This document shows, piece after piece, positions 28,701 to 38,745 of a DNA stretch of 64,000 nucleotides (position 1 is the first letter of the stretch; each line of letters begins with the position of its first letter). A program made the position numbers and the translations under genes. The stretch comes from Candidatus Anstonellales archaeon. Lineage in GTDB: Archaea; Micrarchaeota; Micrarchaeia; Anstonellales; J096. The notes beneath the pieces were generated by a model. The model saw nothing but the letters and a program-made list of their open reading frames with translations, did not search any database and was not told the DNA's origin. The stretch lies in contig JAWAFI010000001.1 in the NCBI GenBank assembly GCA_038890615.1, positions 368,843 to 432,842 of the forward strand, given 5' to 3'.

Positions 28701-30326
28701 TTACTCAAAATCTTCCTTCTCTGACTCAGGAGCCTTTGATGTTGTGCTTCCCTTTGCACTTATTATATCATCAATCCTAAGCATGAGCCTTGCTGTCTCT
28801 GTTGCGCTTGCAATTGCCTGCCTCTTGACTTTAGTTGGTTCAAAAATGCCTTTCTTCTTCAGGTCTCCTACTTCCCCTGCCATAACGTCGACGCCATATA
28901 TATGGCCCTTCTGGTGCATGTTCCTTAGCTTCACGATTGTTTCAATTGCATCCATGCCAGCATTCTCTGCAAGCGCCTTCGGCACTGCTTCCAATGCATC
29001 TGCAAATGCCTGTATTGCAAGCTGCTCCCTCCCTCCTATCTGCTTTGCATATTCGTTGATCTTGTTGCTTAGTGCCATCTCTGCTGCGCCTCCGCCTATA
29101 ACATAAGAGCCCTCTTCAATTGTTGAGATCACAGCTCCCCTTGCATCTACAATAGCCCTCTCAACCTCGCTAACAACATGCTCTGTGCCTCCTCTTACGA
29201 ATATTGTAACGCTCTTTGGGTTCTTGCAGTTTTCTACAAAAACCATAGCTTCCCCGCTTATTTTCCTTTCTTCAACAAGGCCTGCATATCCCAAATCACT
29301 TTCTTTTAAGTCATCCAAGCTTGTGACTATCTTCGCCCCTGTTGCCCTTGCAAGCTTCTCCATGTCGCTTTTCTTCACCCTCCTAACTGCAAGGATTTTC
29401 TCCTTTGCTAGGAAGTGCTGTGCTGTGTCATCAATGCCTTTCTGCACAAAGACCGCAGTAGCCCCGCTCTTCTTTATCTTCTCAACCATGTCTCTAAGCA
29501 TCTTCTCTTCCTGCTTTAGGAAGCTCTCAAGCTGCTCTGGCCCTGTGATCTCTATCTTTGCGTCAGTCTCTGTTTTCTCAATCTCAAGGGCTGAATCAAT
29601 AAGTGCTATCTTGGCATCCTTGACTAGCTTAGGCATCCCAGGATGGACCACTTCTTTGTCAATAACAACCCCTTTCACAAGCTTGGTGTCCATTATCTCC
29701 CCGCCTGCCTTTTTCTCTATCTTTATAAGCTCAGAGTCAATGCTTTTCTTGCCATCCTTGTTTTCTACCACTTGGAGCACTGATTCAACGACATAGCCAG
29801 CAAGCACCTCTTTTTCTGCAGGGCTGCCTATTCCTTTTGATCCCATTGCAACAAGCGCTATCTTTGAAAGCACATCCTTGCCGTCTGCGCCCGTTGAAAT
29901 CTCCTTAAGGAATTCCTCTGCCTTTGCAGAAGCGAGCTCGTAGCCCTTTATTATAGTTGTTGGGTGTATTCCTTGCTCTAGCAAGTCCCCTGCCCTCTTA
30001 AGCAGATTACCTGCTATTACCACAGAGGTAGTGGTGCCATCTCCTACCTCCTTGTCCTGCGTCTTTGCTATCTCTACCATAAGCTTTGCAGCAGGGTGGT
30101 CTACATTCATCTCCTCAAGTATCGTTGCTCCATCATTTGTTATCACTATGTCCCCCATGTCTGTCACAAGCATCTTGTCCATGCCTTTTGGCCCAAGAGT
30201 TGTCTTTATTATGTTCGCTATCGCATAGCCAATGGCTATGTTTATCCTCATTGCATCCCTGCCTATGACCCTTTGGGAGCCTTCAGGCAATACCATTACC
30301 TGCTCTCCAGTTACCTGTTTAGCCAT
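28701..30326 (-). CDS. ths: Thermosome (group II chaperonin) subunit
   Basis: [40 protein letters not shown]. Confidence 0.98.
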   Translation of the reverse strand: MAKQVTGEQVMVLPEGSQRVIGRDAMRINIAIGYAIANIIKTTLGPKGMDKMLVTDMGDIVITNDGATILEEMNVDHPAAKLMVEIAKTQDKEVGDGTTTSVVIAGNLLKRAGDLLEQGIHPTTIIKGYELASAKAEEFLKEISTGADGKDVLSKIALVAMGSKGIGSPAEKEVLAGYVVESVLQVVENKDGKKSIDSELIKIEKKAGGEIMDTKLVKGVVIDKEVVHPGMPKLVKDAKIALIDSALEIEKTETDAKIEITGPEQLESFLKQEEKMLRDMVEKIKKSGATAVFVQKGIDDTAQHFLAKEKILAVRRVKKSDMEKLARATGAKIVTSLDDLKESDLGYAGLVEERKISGEAMVFVENCKNPKSVTIFVRGGTEHVVSEVERAIVDARGAVISTIEEGSYVIGGGAAEMALSNKINEYAKQIGGREQLAIQAFADALEAVPKALAENAGMDAIETIVKLRNMHQKGHIYGVDVMAGEVGDLKKKGIFEPTKVKRQAIASATETARLMLRIDDIISAKGSTTSKAPESEKEDFE

Positions 30327-30421
30327 ATTCCTCACCTCACAAAATATACACTAATTTTGCTCAGAGTATTTCTTAAATCTTTAATTTTAGCAAATCTTTA
30401 TAAATTTTTGCATTAAACTCC

Positions 30422-31618
30422 TTACTTGTTTTGTTTTTCTCTCATCTTTTCTTCTTCAGCGGCTATTTTCCTCTGTTTCATTAGCAAGTCTATTTCGTAA
30501 GGATAAAAAACCTTAGAGATGCCCGACGTCATGAACGTTATAGCGTCTTCAAGAGGACATTTTGGGTCTTTTATACATGCCTTGGCCAACTCAATAAGCA
30601 TAAGTTCTTCTGATTCTGTGAGTTGTCCTCTATATTTTTCATTTATCTCTTTTATATTGTAAGAAAAAATAACATAGTCTCCTTGTTCTAGCATCCTTTT
30701 AAGCTTTTTCCTAAATTCCTCCAATTGATTATTTATTTCCTGAAAACCTATATCAGTATTTGCTCCTGCGAGCATTAGATCAACGATCTTTTCAACTGGG
30801 CAACCAACCACAATGCAATTATGAAGTTCTTGCCCTAATTCATTAGCTCTTTTCTCTCCAATCTCTGCTCTTCTCGTTTTATTTATCATCAATAGCATAT
30901 CTCTATCACTTGGATTAAGATTTTTTTCTTTCATCCCTCTTATTACCCTCTCCCTTAAATCCTTTTCTATCCCTATTTTCTCGATGCTTTTTGAGGCTTT
31001 TTCCATATTTGGTGGGGCAGGTTTTTTCTCTTGGACATTGCTCTTTGGTGCTTCTTCTGATGGAAGTTTTGTTGGTGGAGGAGAGGCATTAGTTTTTTCT
31101 ACCACAGTAGCATTGGCTTTAGTTCTCTGCCCATCAACTGATGTTACAGGGCTGTTATAAGTTTTCTTTACTCCAGCAATCTCTTCCATTTTTTTTACTA
31201 TGCTTTCTACGAGCTGCTCTTTACTTAGCTTGTTTATATTATTTATAAGGAATTCATCAATAAACTTATCTATCTTTTCCATCTTCTTTCTGCTTAGATT
31301 AAGGTATTCATTCCTTGGGTTTCTTCTGTTATATTTATCTATTGCCTCTAATCTGATTTCTATCATTTTTTTCCAATCATTGTTTGATATTTTTTCTTGA
31401 TGTTCTTTCGTCTCTTTTGCCCCACCACGGTTGCTATAGCTAGTGGTAGCTGATGTTCCGCAAGCAATGCTAAAAGAGAGAAACATGGCTAGAGCTGCTC
31501 CTGCTAATTTTTTTAGCAACCATTTCTTTGTTGGTTTCTCTTCTGCCAACGGCTCTAAACACTTAAACTTTGTTTTATAGGTCTCTTTTCCTTTTTCGGT
31601 AATTGTTTTGCTTTTCAT
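30422..31618 (-). CDS. Hypothetical putative lipoprotein/membrane-anchored protein sharing a module with the 1288-aa protein
   Basis: KKWLLKKLAGAALAMFLSFSIACG hydrophobic segment + Cys; Pro-rich linker; AT-rich. Confidence 0.8.
   Translation of the reverse strand: MKSKTITEKGKETYKTKFKCLEPLAEEKPTKKWLLKKLAGAALAMFLSFSIACGTSATTSYSNRGGAKETKEHQEKISNNDWKKMIEIRLEAIDKYNRRNPRNEYLNLSRKKMEKIDKFIDEFLINNINKLSKEQLVESIVKKMEEIAGVKKTYNSPVTSVDGQRTKANATVVEKTNASPPPTKLPSEEAPKSNVQEKKPAPPNMEKASKSIEKIGIEKDLRERVIRGMKEKNLNPSDRDMLLMINKTRRAEIGEKRANELGQELHNCIVVGCPVEKIVDLMLAGANTDIGFQEINNQLEEFRKKLKRMLEQGDYVIFSYNIKEINEKYRGQLTESEELMLIELAKACIKDPKCPLEDAITFMTSGISKVFYPYEIDLLMKQRKIAAEEEKMREKQNK
31242..31400. repeat. 159-bp direct repeat copy 2 (partner 27703-27861)
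   Basis: 158/159 identical by direct comparison. Confidence 0.95.
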
Positions 31619-31631
31619 GAGTGTTATTTTT

Positions 31632-31943
31632 CTAATCTCTCTTTTTAAATTTTTCTATGCTTACCTTTCCTTTTTCTATATAATGAGGGGTTCCTTTTGG
31701 TATTACTATCTCCTCTCCTTTCATGAGCATAATCTCTCTAGTGCCTATGTGAACTACGCTGTCCTCAAGTGCTATATAACGTTGGCTTTTTTCATGGATG
31801 TGCTCTTTGAATGAGCCCCTCGCACTCCTGTTTTCTCGCTCATTCCAAGAAAGCGTTATATCCTTTCCCTCCTTCTTGACTATAAAACTTTTCCTCCATT
31901 TTTCCCCCTTCTTCTTAAATAAGCCTAAAATCCTCTCTTTCAT
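31632..31943 (-). CDS. Cupin-domain protein
   Basis: EHIHEKS...GEEIVIPKGTPHYI cupin motifs. Confidence 0.75.
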   Translation of the reverse strand: MKERILGLFKKKGEKWRKSFIVKKEGKDITLSWNERENRSARGSFKEHIHEKSQRYIALEDSVVHIGTREIMLMKGEEIVIPKGTPHYIEKGKVSIEKFKKRD

Positions 31944-31944
31944 C

Positions 31945-32406
31945 CTAATCCATCTCCCTTGCTGCCTTGAAGCTCAACTCAAGTATGCCGTTTTTGTACC
32001 TCTTCTGCATGCTCTTGAAGTCTATGCCCTTTACTGCTATCCTTTTCTTTACCTTCTTCCCATCAAACCTTTGCCCTTCTATTACTATCCCTCCTGTGGC
32101 TTCCTTCACTTCTATAGTTTTCTCTTCTACTCCAGGCATTTCCATTATAACTTTTACCCCTTCCTTGCTAGGGATTATGTCAACAAGGAACCCTTCATCT
32201 TCTGGCTTGAAGCCCTCATTGTAAATCGTTTTTGGCTTGCCGTCGCTGCCTATCCTTATAGTTACTGAATAGCCTTTTGGCATATGCTCCCTGCTCTGCC
32301 TCTTGGGTATGCTGAATAAATCATCATCAAACCCGAACATTCTTTTTATCATCTTTCGCATTATCTCAAACTCGTCTTCAAAGTCGTCTTCCATAAACAT
32401 CACCAT
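31945..32406 (-). CDS. hsp20: Small heat-shock protein (Hsp20/alpha-crystallin)
   Basis: GYSVTIRIGSDGKP, LVDII, MEMPGVE, YKNGILEL. Confidence 0.9.
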   Translation of the reverse strand: MVMFMEDDFEDEFEIMRKMIKRMFGFDDDLFSIPKRQSREHMPKGYSVTIRIGSDGKPKTIYNEGFKPEDEGFLVDIIPSKEGVKVIMEMPGVEEKTIEVKEATGGIVIEGQRFDGKKVKKRIAVKGIDFKSMQKRYKNGILELSFKAAREMD

Positions 32407-32498
32407 CTAATAATACTTAACAACCATTTAATAATCTTGCCCTAACCAATGCCAAAATATTTAAAAACAAGCACAATATAGCAGAAAGAGGGGATCTA

Positions 32499-33731
32499 AT
32501 GGATACAAAGAAGTTCCTTGCCTTTGCTGGTTTGGCATTAGTAGTTACAGCTCTGCTTTACTTTTTCGCCCCAAGGGACAAGGGTATTTACCTTGATGCA
32601 ATAATAAAGTCAATGGAGCAGGAATCGCTCGCAAGACCTGTTTCTATAAGTGGTTATGAGAACAGCACATCAATGGAAAGGGCATACCAGATAAATTATG
32701 ATGGGGCAAATGCCATGGTGAAGGCAATATACGCTTTCTACACAAAGAGCTTGTATGTGATGAATGGCACTGAATACGTTTGCCTTTCTTACCAAGGAAG
32801 CTACGCTTGCGACAAGCAGACAAGCAATGACCTAAAATCCATCATCGTTACAAAGGACCAGGCAGAAAGGATAGCAAAAGAAATGAAATTCCTATGGGCA
32901 AACAAGGCTCTTTCAATAAAGGGTATTGAAGAAACCTCTGAGTGCACAAAAATTGAGTATGTTATTGATTACACCAAGCTCACTACAGCTCAGCTTAGGG
33001 AAATCGGGCTGAGCCCAACTGATTCTGTTGTTTACATTGGCTCATTTAGGCATGTCTTATGCTATTCAAAGGATTACAAGCCTGTATATAGGGAGCTTTA
33101 CTATGCCTTGAATGGCAACCAGTACTCTTATAAGAGAGGGTATAAGTTTGAGGAAGGGAGCACAGTTTTCAGCCCTGCTGCTGATGCCCAGAAGTACGCA
33201 GAGGTAAAGGCATCAATAAACAACGTGCTTGTCCAGCTTGAAAAATGCCTATCCTCCCCAAGCGCAATCCAGTGCATAGAAGGAGTTGCTTACCATGAGG
33301 ACAATGAGCAGATATGTGGCATCTTAGAGGACCAAGAGCGCTGCAAGCTTAGGATTTTGGTTGGAAAGGGCAAACCTTCGCTTTGCGAAGGGCTCAGCGC
33401 TCTAAAAGACGACTGCTATGGTCAATACGCACTACAGCTTGGCAACACCTCACTGTGCGAAAAAATCTCCTCAGCCCAGAAAAAGCAGGAATGCATATCA
33501 ATGATCAGCAGCCGCTGCTACTCTGATTCTGATTGCGCCATAGGGGGTTGCTCAGGCGAGCTATGCGGCCTCAAAGGCGAGGAGATGGTAAGCACCTGCA
33601 TATACAAGCCAGAGTACGATTGCCTTAAATATAGCTCATGCACATGCATAAGCGGAAAGTGCCAGTGGAAGCGCACAGGTGAATACTTAGATTGCCTCTC
33701 AAGCCTCGGTAAGGCTGAGGCAGAAGGCTAG
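32499..33731 (+). CDS. Membrane-anchored Cys-rich protein with C-terminal eight-cysteine-cluster-like domain
   Basis: N-terminal TM; CYSDSDCAIGGCSGELCG...STCIYKPEYDCLKYSSCTCISGKCQW. Confidence 0.8.
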   Translation: MDTKKFLAFAGLALVVTALLYFFAPRDKGIYLDAIIKSMEQESLARPVSISGYENSTSMERAYQINYDGANAMVKAIYAFYTKSLYVMNGTEYVCLSYQGSYACDKQTSNDLKSIIVTKDQAERIAKEMKFLWANKALSIKGIEETSECTKIEYVIDYTKLTTAQLREIGLSPTDSVVYIGSFRHVLCYSKDYKPVYRELYYALNGNQYSYKRGYKFEEGSTVFSPAADAQKYAEVKASINNVLVQLEKCLSSPSAIQCIEGVAYHEDNEQICGILEDQERCKLRILVGKGKPSLCEGLSALKDDCYGQYALQLGNTSLCEKISSAQKKQECISMISSRCYSDSDCAIGGCSGELCGLKGEEMVSTCIYKPEYDCLKYSSCTCISGKCQWKRTGEYLDCLSSLGKAEAEG

Positions 33732-33735
33732 CTCT

Positions 33736-33755
33736 CTATCTTTGTGAAAAGATAG
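33736..33755. terminator. Short hairpin between convergent genes (possible terminator/RNA-end structure)
   Basis: CTATCTTT-GTGA-AAAGATAG, 8-bp stem with GNRA loop. Confidence 0.3.
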
Positions 33756-33788
33756 GCAGCAAGGAGCACGCATGCAGCCAAGAAACCC

Positions 33789-34841
33789 TTATATCAGCAA
33801 AGGTATGGCATTGAAGGCAAGCCTTGAAAGCTGGACTATGGTATTCCTGTTTATGGCCTTGCTTACCCTTTCCATCTCCCCATACTTGCTTAGCAGTGTG
33901 TCTATCTCAAGGGCTTTTAGCATAACTCCAAAATCATATAGCCTTCTGTTGTCCATCCTTCTTACCAAAGCCATTATATACCTATGGAGCAGAAGGTCCT
34001 TGAGGTAGCTTGCCCTCCACTCCTTCTCATAAGCATCGGAGTTTCTGGTTTTGCCTGCTATTGCGCCGCAGCTCATTCCTATAATGACCCCCCCTCCTGT
34101 TGTCTGCTTTACCTGCCCTGCTGCGTTTCCTGCAAGCAGCACCTGCCTTCCATTGACCTCCATAGAGGTTATTTCTCTTAGCTGCATTGGGATTACATTC
34201 ATCCTCTCAACCTTTGCGCTCATGCCTATGCTCCTTGTGAAAAGCGAAAAGCTGCTTATTGGCTCGCCAAAAGTTCCTATGCCAAATTCTGCTGTCCCAT
34301 CCCCTTGGGGTATGACCCAGCCAAAAAGCCCAACCCACCTTGAGTCAATGTAAACCCTCACTATGCTTTCATCAGGCCATCTGCAATAACCTTTTGCAGT
34401 CCTTACAAACCTCTTTATGTCAGGAAAGCCAAACCTCCTTGCTACTGTTGAGAACGCCCCATCAGCCCCTATTATGACATTGCCCCTGAAATGATCAGCC
34501 CTTTTCCCCAGATGGAGCTTTGCTCCGTTGTCAACTGCCTTCTGGGCAAGCGCCTTGTCCCATCCCTTCCTGTCCACCACATAGGCCACTCCCTCCCTTC
34601 CCACGAATATTTCCTTGCCTCCAAAGCTTATGATTGCCCCATCTATCCTGTTTAGCACATGCTCCTTCCAGTTTATGTACTTGCGGAGCCCTTCCATGCC
34701 ATCCCTTGATAAAAGCCCTGAGCAGTGGGATGGCTCCCCAACCTCTTTCTTGATTTCATAAATATCAACCCTTTCCCCTGCTTCCAATCCCTCTATTGCA
34801 GCAGTGCATCCTACAGGGCCTGCGCCTATTATTTCTATCAT
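33789..34841 (-). CDS. Geranylgeranyl reductase-family FAD oxidoreductase
   Basis: IIGAGPVG, GEPSHCSG, DRKGWD, GADG, FGWVIP, GNAAGQVKQTTGGG. Confidence 0.85.
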   Translation of the reverse strand: MIEIIGAGPVGCTAAIEGLEAGERVDIYEIKKEVGEPSHCSGLLSRDGMEGLRKYINWKEHVLNRIDGAIISFGGKEIFVGREGVAYVVDRKGWDKALAQKAVDNGAKLHLGKRADHFRGNVIIGADGAFSTVARRFGFPDIKRFVRTAKGYCRWPDESIVRVYIDSRWVGLFGWVIPQGDGTAEFGIGTFGEPISSFSLFTRSIGMSAKVERMNVIPMQLREITSMEVNGRQVLLAGNAAGQVKQTTGGGVIIGMSCGAIAGKTRNSDAYEKEWRASYLKDLLLHRYIMALVRRMDNRRLYDFGVMLKALEIDTLLSKYGEMERVSKAINRNTIVQLSRLAFNAIPLLI

Positions 34842-35590
34842 TACTCTACTTCCATCCTTGGGGCAAGGTAATAAACCACTGTTGCCCCTCCTACTTCATA
34901 CGTAACCTTAAGGGGGCTGTCTGTCTCAAGATAGAGAGTAATAATGCTGCCTGCGCTGCTCCCTTTCACAATGTCGTCAAGGTAATTTAAGGGGAATGTA
35001 GCCCTTACATTCCCTTCTGCCTTCATCTCCAAAACCTCTTCTCCCTCCTCATATTCGCTTACCATCCTGGAATTCTCACCTGCAACTTCTAGCCTCAATA
35101 CCCCATCGCTTATCAAGAACCTCAAGTGGGAGCTTATGAGCTTAGCGTCCTTTATGCTTTCCTTAAGCAGCGAATCATTCATCTTTATGTAATTTTTGTA
35201 GCTTATGGGAGGCTCTTTCTGCACTCCCTCCCCTAAATCAAGCAGGGGCATCCTGAAGGTCCTTTTCCTTTTTCCGCCTACGAATTCCACAACCATCTCA
35301 TTCTTTTCAAGCGATACCACCAGCTTCTCATCAGGCCTTGCCCTGTCAAGCACCTTTATAAGCTTCTCTATGTCAACCCCGAAGCTTTCCTTTTTCTCCT
35401 TCTTGCTGGCGTCGTACATTGAAAAAGCAGAGGAAGGCATGAAGAAGGAGACCATTGAAATCTGCGATGGGTCTATTGCCTTCAGCCTCAGCCCTTCAGG
35501 GGTTGCCTCGAAAACACCCTCCCCAACGAGGTTTGCTATTGAGGAAACGGCATCCCTGAAGCTCTTTGCATTCTCAACACTCATTTTCAT
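34841..35590 (-). CDS. pcn: Proliferating cell nuclear antigen (sliding clamp)
   Basis: LKAIDPSQISMV, FPLNYL, PLKVTY, YYLAPR. Confidence 0.97.
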   Translation of the reverse strand: MKMSVENAKSFRDAVSSIANLVGEGVFEATPEGLRLKAIDPSQISMVSFFMPSSAFSMYDASKKEKKESFGVDIEKLIKVLDRARPDEKLVVSLEKNEMVVEFVGGKRKRTFRMPLLDLGEGVQKEPPISYKNYIKMNDSLLKESIKDAKLISSHLRFLISDGVLRLEVAGENSRMVSEYEEGEEVLEMKAEGNVRATFPLNYLDDIVKGSSAGSIITLYLETDSPLKVTYEVGGATVVYYLAPRMEVE

Positions 35591-35680
35591 GAGTTCACCG
35601 CAAATATGAGCAGGGCGCTATTTAAAAAGCTTGCTTTAGGCATTAACAAACCTTTTTAAAAAGGGTTGCGAACATCACTT

Positions 35681-36190
35681 ATGGGAAAAGGCGAAGAAAT
35701 TGACGAAACCAAACTTTACGAGATGGCAAAGAAGGCAACAAGCGAAGGGGCTCTTTTCGCATCGCTCTACTTAGACATACACGGAGCAGATGAGAAGAAG
35801 CTTCAGAATGTTGCAGTTGAGCTGGTCAATAGGATGATGAAGGAGCAAGGGGTGTTGTTCGTTTTCGGAAAGATAGAAGAGCCGATCCTTCAGGAAGGTG
35901 TGTATTCTACTCTCGTGGAGGTTAAGGCAATAGTGGCTGACATTAATTCCCTCGCAACCCTGACATATGTTTATACCCCTGTTTCAGTTGACCTGATAAT
36001 GCCGGATGAGGTCAAGCTTACCTCATCGCAAGTCGGCTCCCTTATGGTCTACATCTCTAACCAGAGCTTTAACTGGAAAAAGATTTACATAGAGAGGATG
36101 CGCACAAAAGAGGAGGCAGAGGCATTTGCAAAGGAGGTGCAGGCAAGGGAGCAGTTGGGAAAGAAGCTTTTGGAAGGTGAGGGCAAATGA
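35681..36190 (+). CDS. Hypothetical archaeal protein
   Basis: ORF divergent from pcn; ATGA-coupled to the KaiC-like gene. Confidence 0.75.
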   Translation: MGKGEEIDETKLYEMAKKATSEGALFASLYLDIHGADEKKLQNVAVELVNRMMKEQGVLFVFGKIEEPILQEGVYSTLVEVKAIVADINSLATLTYVYTPVSVDLIMPDEVKLTSSQVGSLMVYISNQSFNWKKIYIERMRTKEEAEAFAKEVQAREQLGKKLLEGEGK

Positions 36191-36930
36191 ACAATTTTTC
36201 AAAAAGCGGAATAAGAGGGTTTGATGAGCTCCTTGAAGGCAAGGGCTTCATGAAGGGCTCTTTGATAGCACTGAGCGGCCCAACAGGAGTGGGGAAAAGC
36301 ACATTTGCAATGCAGTTCCTTGTCAATGGCGCAGTGCTCTACACAGAGCCAGGCGTGTATATAACCATAGAAGGAGGGAGGGATTCATTGCTCCTGCAAA
36401 TGAACGCATACAACTGGGAGCTAGATCGCCTTGAGAAAGAGAAGAGCGTGCTTATCTTGGACTACCCAATAGAGGAGGTTGACCAATTCCTTACAAGGAA
36501 CAGCGCTGTGAAGGACCTTGTAGAGAGCGTTAGCGCTGAGAGGGTTGTCATTGACTCTATACTGCCGCTGGCTCTCATGAAGACCACAGAGGAGGAAAGG
36601 CAGTCAATGTTCATAAACTTGGCATCTAACATAAAGTCATGGGGCGCAACAACCATTGTGATTACAGAAGACTCACCAGTTGACAGCACAGTGCCGCAGA
36701 CGCGCTACCATTTCGAGAACTTCAGCGACACCTGGATATATATGTCATACGACAGGCAGGGCAAGGATGTTTCAAGGGAGATAGAGATAGTAAAGGCAAA
36801 GGGTGTAAAGCACTACATGGGCAAGAGGCCCATAGAGATAAGCAAGGAAGGGGTTTCTGTTGCACTGCCTGAATGGGAAGGGGAAAAGAATAAAAAGATA
36901 TTGCAGGATAAAAAGCTCAGGAGGAAATAA
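36187..36930 (+). CDS. KaiC/RAD55-like RecA-superfamily ATPase (single domain)
   Basis: SGIRGFDELL, GPTGVGKST, RVVIDS, REIEIVKAKG. Confidence 0.9.
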   Translation: MNNFSKSGIRGFDELLEGKGFMKGSLIALSGPTGVGKSTFAMQFLVNGAVLYTEPGVYITIEGGRDSLLLQMNAYNWELDRLEKEKSVLILDYPIEEVDQFLTRNSAVKDLVESVSAERVVIDSILPLALMKTTEEERQSMFINLASNIKSWGATTIVITEDSPVDSTVPQTRYHFENFSDTWIYMSYDRQGKDVSREIEIVKAKGVKHYMGKRPIEISKEGVSVALPEWEGEKNKKILQDKKLRRK

Positions 36931-36931
36931 A

Positions 36932-37450
36932 ATGTATTATCTTTACAAAGTAGAAGATACCATAAGGGTTCCGCCAAACAGAGTAGGGAAAGACTTGAAG
37001 CAGGCAGTTCTTGATATAGCCAGGGAAGAATATGAAAGGAGAGTGCTAAAGGACATTGGCTTTGTGCTTGGGGTTTTCTCTCCTGAAATATTAGGCGATG
37101 GAAAAGTTATCCACAACGACCCAGGGGTTTACTACTCAGTGAGGTTTGACCTTTTGGCTTACAAGCCAGAGGTCAACGAGGTTGTATATGGGGTAATAAA
37201 GGATGTTGTTGAATTCGGAGCATTCACTATCATTGGGCCATTCGAGGCATTGCTCCACATATCGCAGATTGGGGCAGAGAAATACACCTACAACAAGAAG
37301 GAAGGCATCCTTGTCTCTTCTGGGAAGAAAAACACCATAAAGCCCGGCGACAAACTCATAGGGAAGATTTCCACAGCAAGCATGAAAGCAGTCTCAGATG
37401 TAAAGATAGGGATAACTTTGAGGGCAAATGGGTTGGGGATGATTAGATGA
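36932..37450 (+). CDS. rpoE1: RNA polymerase subunit E' (Rpo7)
   Basis: DTIRVPP, GVYYSVRF, EFGAF..IGPFEALLHISQI, IGITLRANGLG. Confidence 0.95.
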   Translation: MYYLYKVEDTIRVPPNRVGKDLKQAVLDIAREEYERRVLKDIGFVLGVFSPEILGDGKVIHNDPGVYYSVRFDLLAYKPEVNEVVYGVIKDVVEFGAFTIIGPFEALLHISQIGAEKYTYNKKEGILVSSGKKNTIKPGDKLIGKISTASMKAVSDVKIGITLRANGLGMIR

Positions 37451-37635
37451 TAGGCTGCAAGCAGTGCCGCTCTGTATGGAACGAAAATAAGATGGAGAGA
37501 TGCAAGGAGTGCGGGAGCACAGAGTTAAGCGATAAGTTTGGGGTTTATTTCATATTGATTGACCCAGAAAAATCAGAGGTGTCAAAGGAATTGAAAATAA
37601 CTAAGAAAGGAAGGGTAGCATTGCTTTTTGCTTAG
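37447..37635 (+). CDS. spt4: Transcription elongation factor Spt4 (RpoE'')
   Basis: CKQC...CKECGS Zn ribbon, IDPEKSEV; follows rpoE1. Confidence 0.9.
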   Translation: MIGCKQCRSVWNENKMERCKECGSTELSDKFGVYFILIDPEKSEVSKELKITKKGRVALLFA

Positions 37636-37671
37636 GCATATCAGTTAAGGTTTAAATTACTGAAAGCAAGA

Positions 37672-38673
37672 TTGTATATGCAAAAAGAGGAGCAAATTAA
37701 AGTTTTAAAGAAGGGCAAGGGAAAGCTCCTTAGCCCAGAGGAAGAGCAGAGATTTAAGGAAACGGTTGTATCAGAATACGAGAGAATTCTCAAGCAAGAA
37801 ATTTCATCTTGGCCTATTTTTGAAAAAAGGGGATGGAAATCCTTGGGCAACCTTCGTTTTAGCGTTAGCTTGAAAGAGGACGGCTCTATTGCTGATTTTA
37901 GCCTTTATAAGTGCGATGGGGCATTAGAGCATCTGAACAGGGCACATATTTTCCAGGACTTGCCGAAAGAGGTTAAATCGATTTTCAATAAAGTTTTCCC
38001 TGATTTTGTTGAGCAGCTTAAAAAAGAAGGGGGTGTTGGCACTAGGGGGGAATTTTTTGTGGGTGCAGATTTAGATTTAGTGGAAAACAGAGAAGGGGCT
38101 CCATTCTATTTTGCAAGATTAACCCATGAGCTGCATACCGGCACTGGCATGATCCGTACAGTAAAAAAGATAACAGCCTTCATTGTCTTTAGCAAGCTGC
38201 AGGAAGCAAACAACGACTGCTACGCCCTTGCCAATTTCCTTAAGAGAGTCACAAACAGCGCAATCTACATTACCCCTCATGAGCAGGCCAAGCAGCATAA
38301 GAACGGGGTTAGCAAAAAGAAGAGGCTGAAAATTCTTGAAGAAAAGGTTTCATCCCTGCAAAAATTGAATGAAACGATGAAGTCCAAGCTTGTTGGGCTG
38401 GAGAATGATAACGCTGGGCTCAAGGCAAAGGCCTTAACTTACGAGGGGCTTCTTAAAAATGCAGAGGCAGACATCTCTGCGATGAAAGCAAAGCTTGATG
38501 CATATGAGCGCTACTTAAATGAGAAAAAAGAGTATACCAAGAAATTTGCCTCCAGTTTAAATTCCCTTGCAGATGCAATTGAGGGCTCTTTGCCTGTGCT
38601 TTTCAAAAAAAGGTTCAAAGAAATTGCAAGGAGATTGAGGCAATTGGCAGAACAGCTAAAGGAAAATCATTAG
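37672..38673 (+). CDS. Hypothetical protein with C-terminal coiled coil
   Basis: 333-aa ORF after TTTAAA box; likely ATG at 37678. Confidence 0.7.
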   Translation: MYMQKEEQIKVLKKGKGKLLSPEEEQRFKETVVSEYERILKQEISSWPIFEKRGWKSLGNLRFSVSLKEDGSIADFSLYKCDGALEHLNRAHIFQDLPKEVKSIFNKVFPDFVEQLKKEGGVGTRGEFFVGADLDLVENREGAPFYFARLTHELHTGTGMIRTVKKITAFIVFSKLQEANNDCYALANFLKRVTNSAIYITPHEQAKQHKNGVSKKKRLKILEEKVSSLQKLNETMKSKLVGLENDNAGLKAKALTYEGLLKNAEADISAMKAKLDAYERYLNEKKEYTKKFASSLNSLADAIEGSLPVLFKKRFKEIARRLRQLAEQLKENH

Positions 38674-38745
38674 GCAGGCCGCATAAAAAGCAAATGTATT
38701 TAAATCCATTGTGGCATACTCCTATAGGAAACTCTGGTGATTTTA

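Noticed and set aside
27703..31400. Diversity-generating retroelement TR/VR pair or att sites
   Set aside because: Only one mismatch, the repeat is N-terminal rather than C-terminal, and no reverse transcriptase or integrase is in the window; the enclosed DNA contains the thermosome gene
35651..35664. Palindrome CCTTTTTAAAAAGG as an operator
   Set aside because: Explained by a self-complementary TATA box between divergent genes; low complexity
36187..36930. Circadian clock system
   Set aside because: Single-domain KaiC-like ATPases are common in archaea; no kaiA/kaiB in the window
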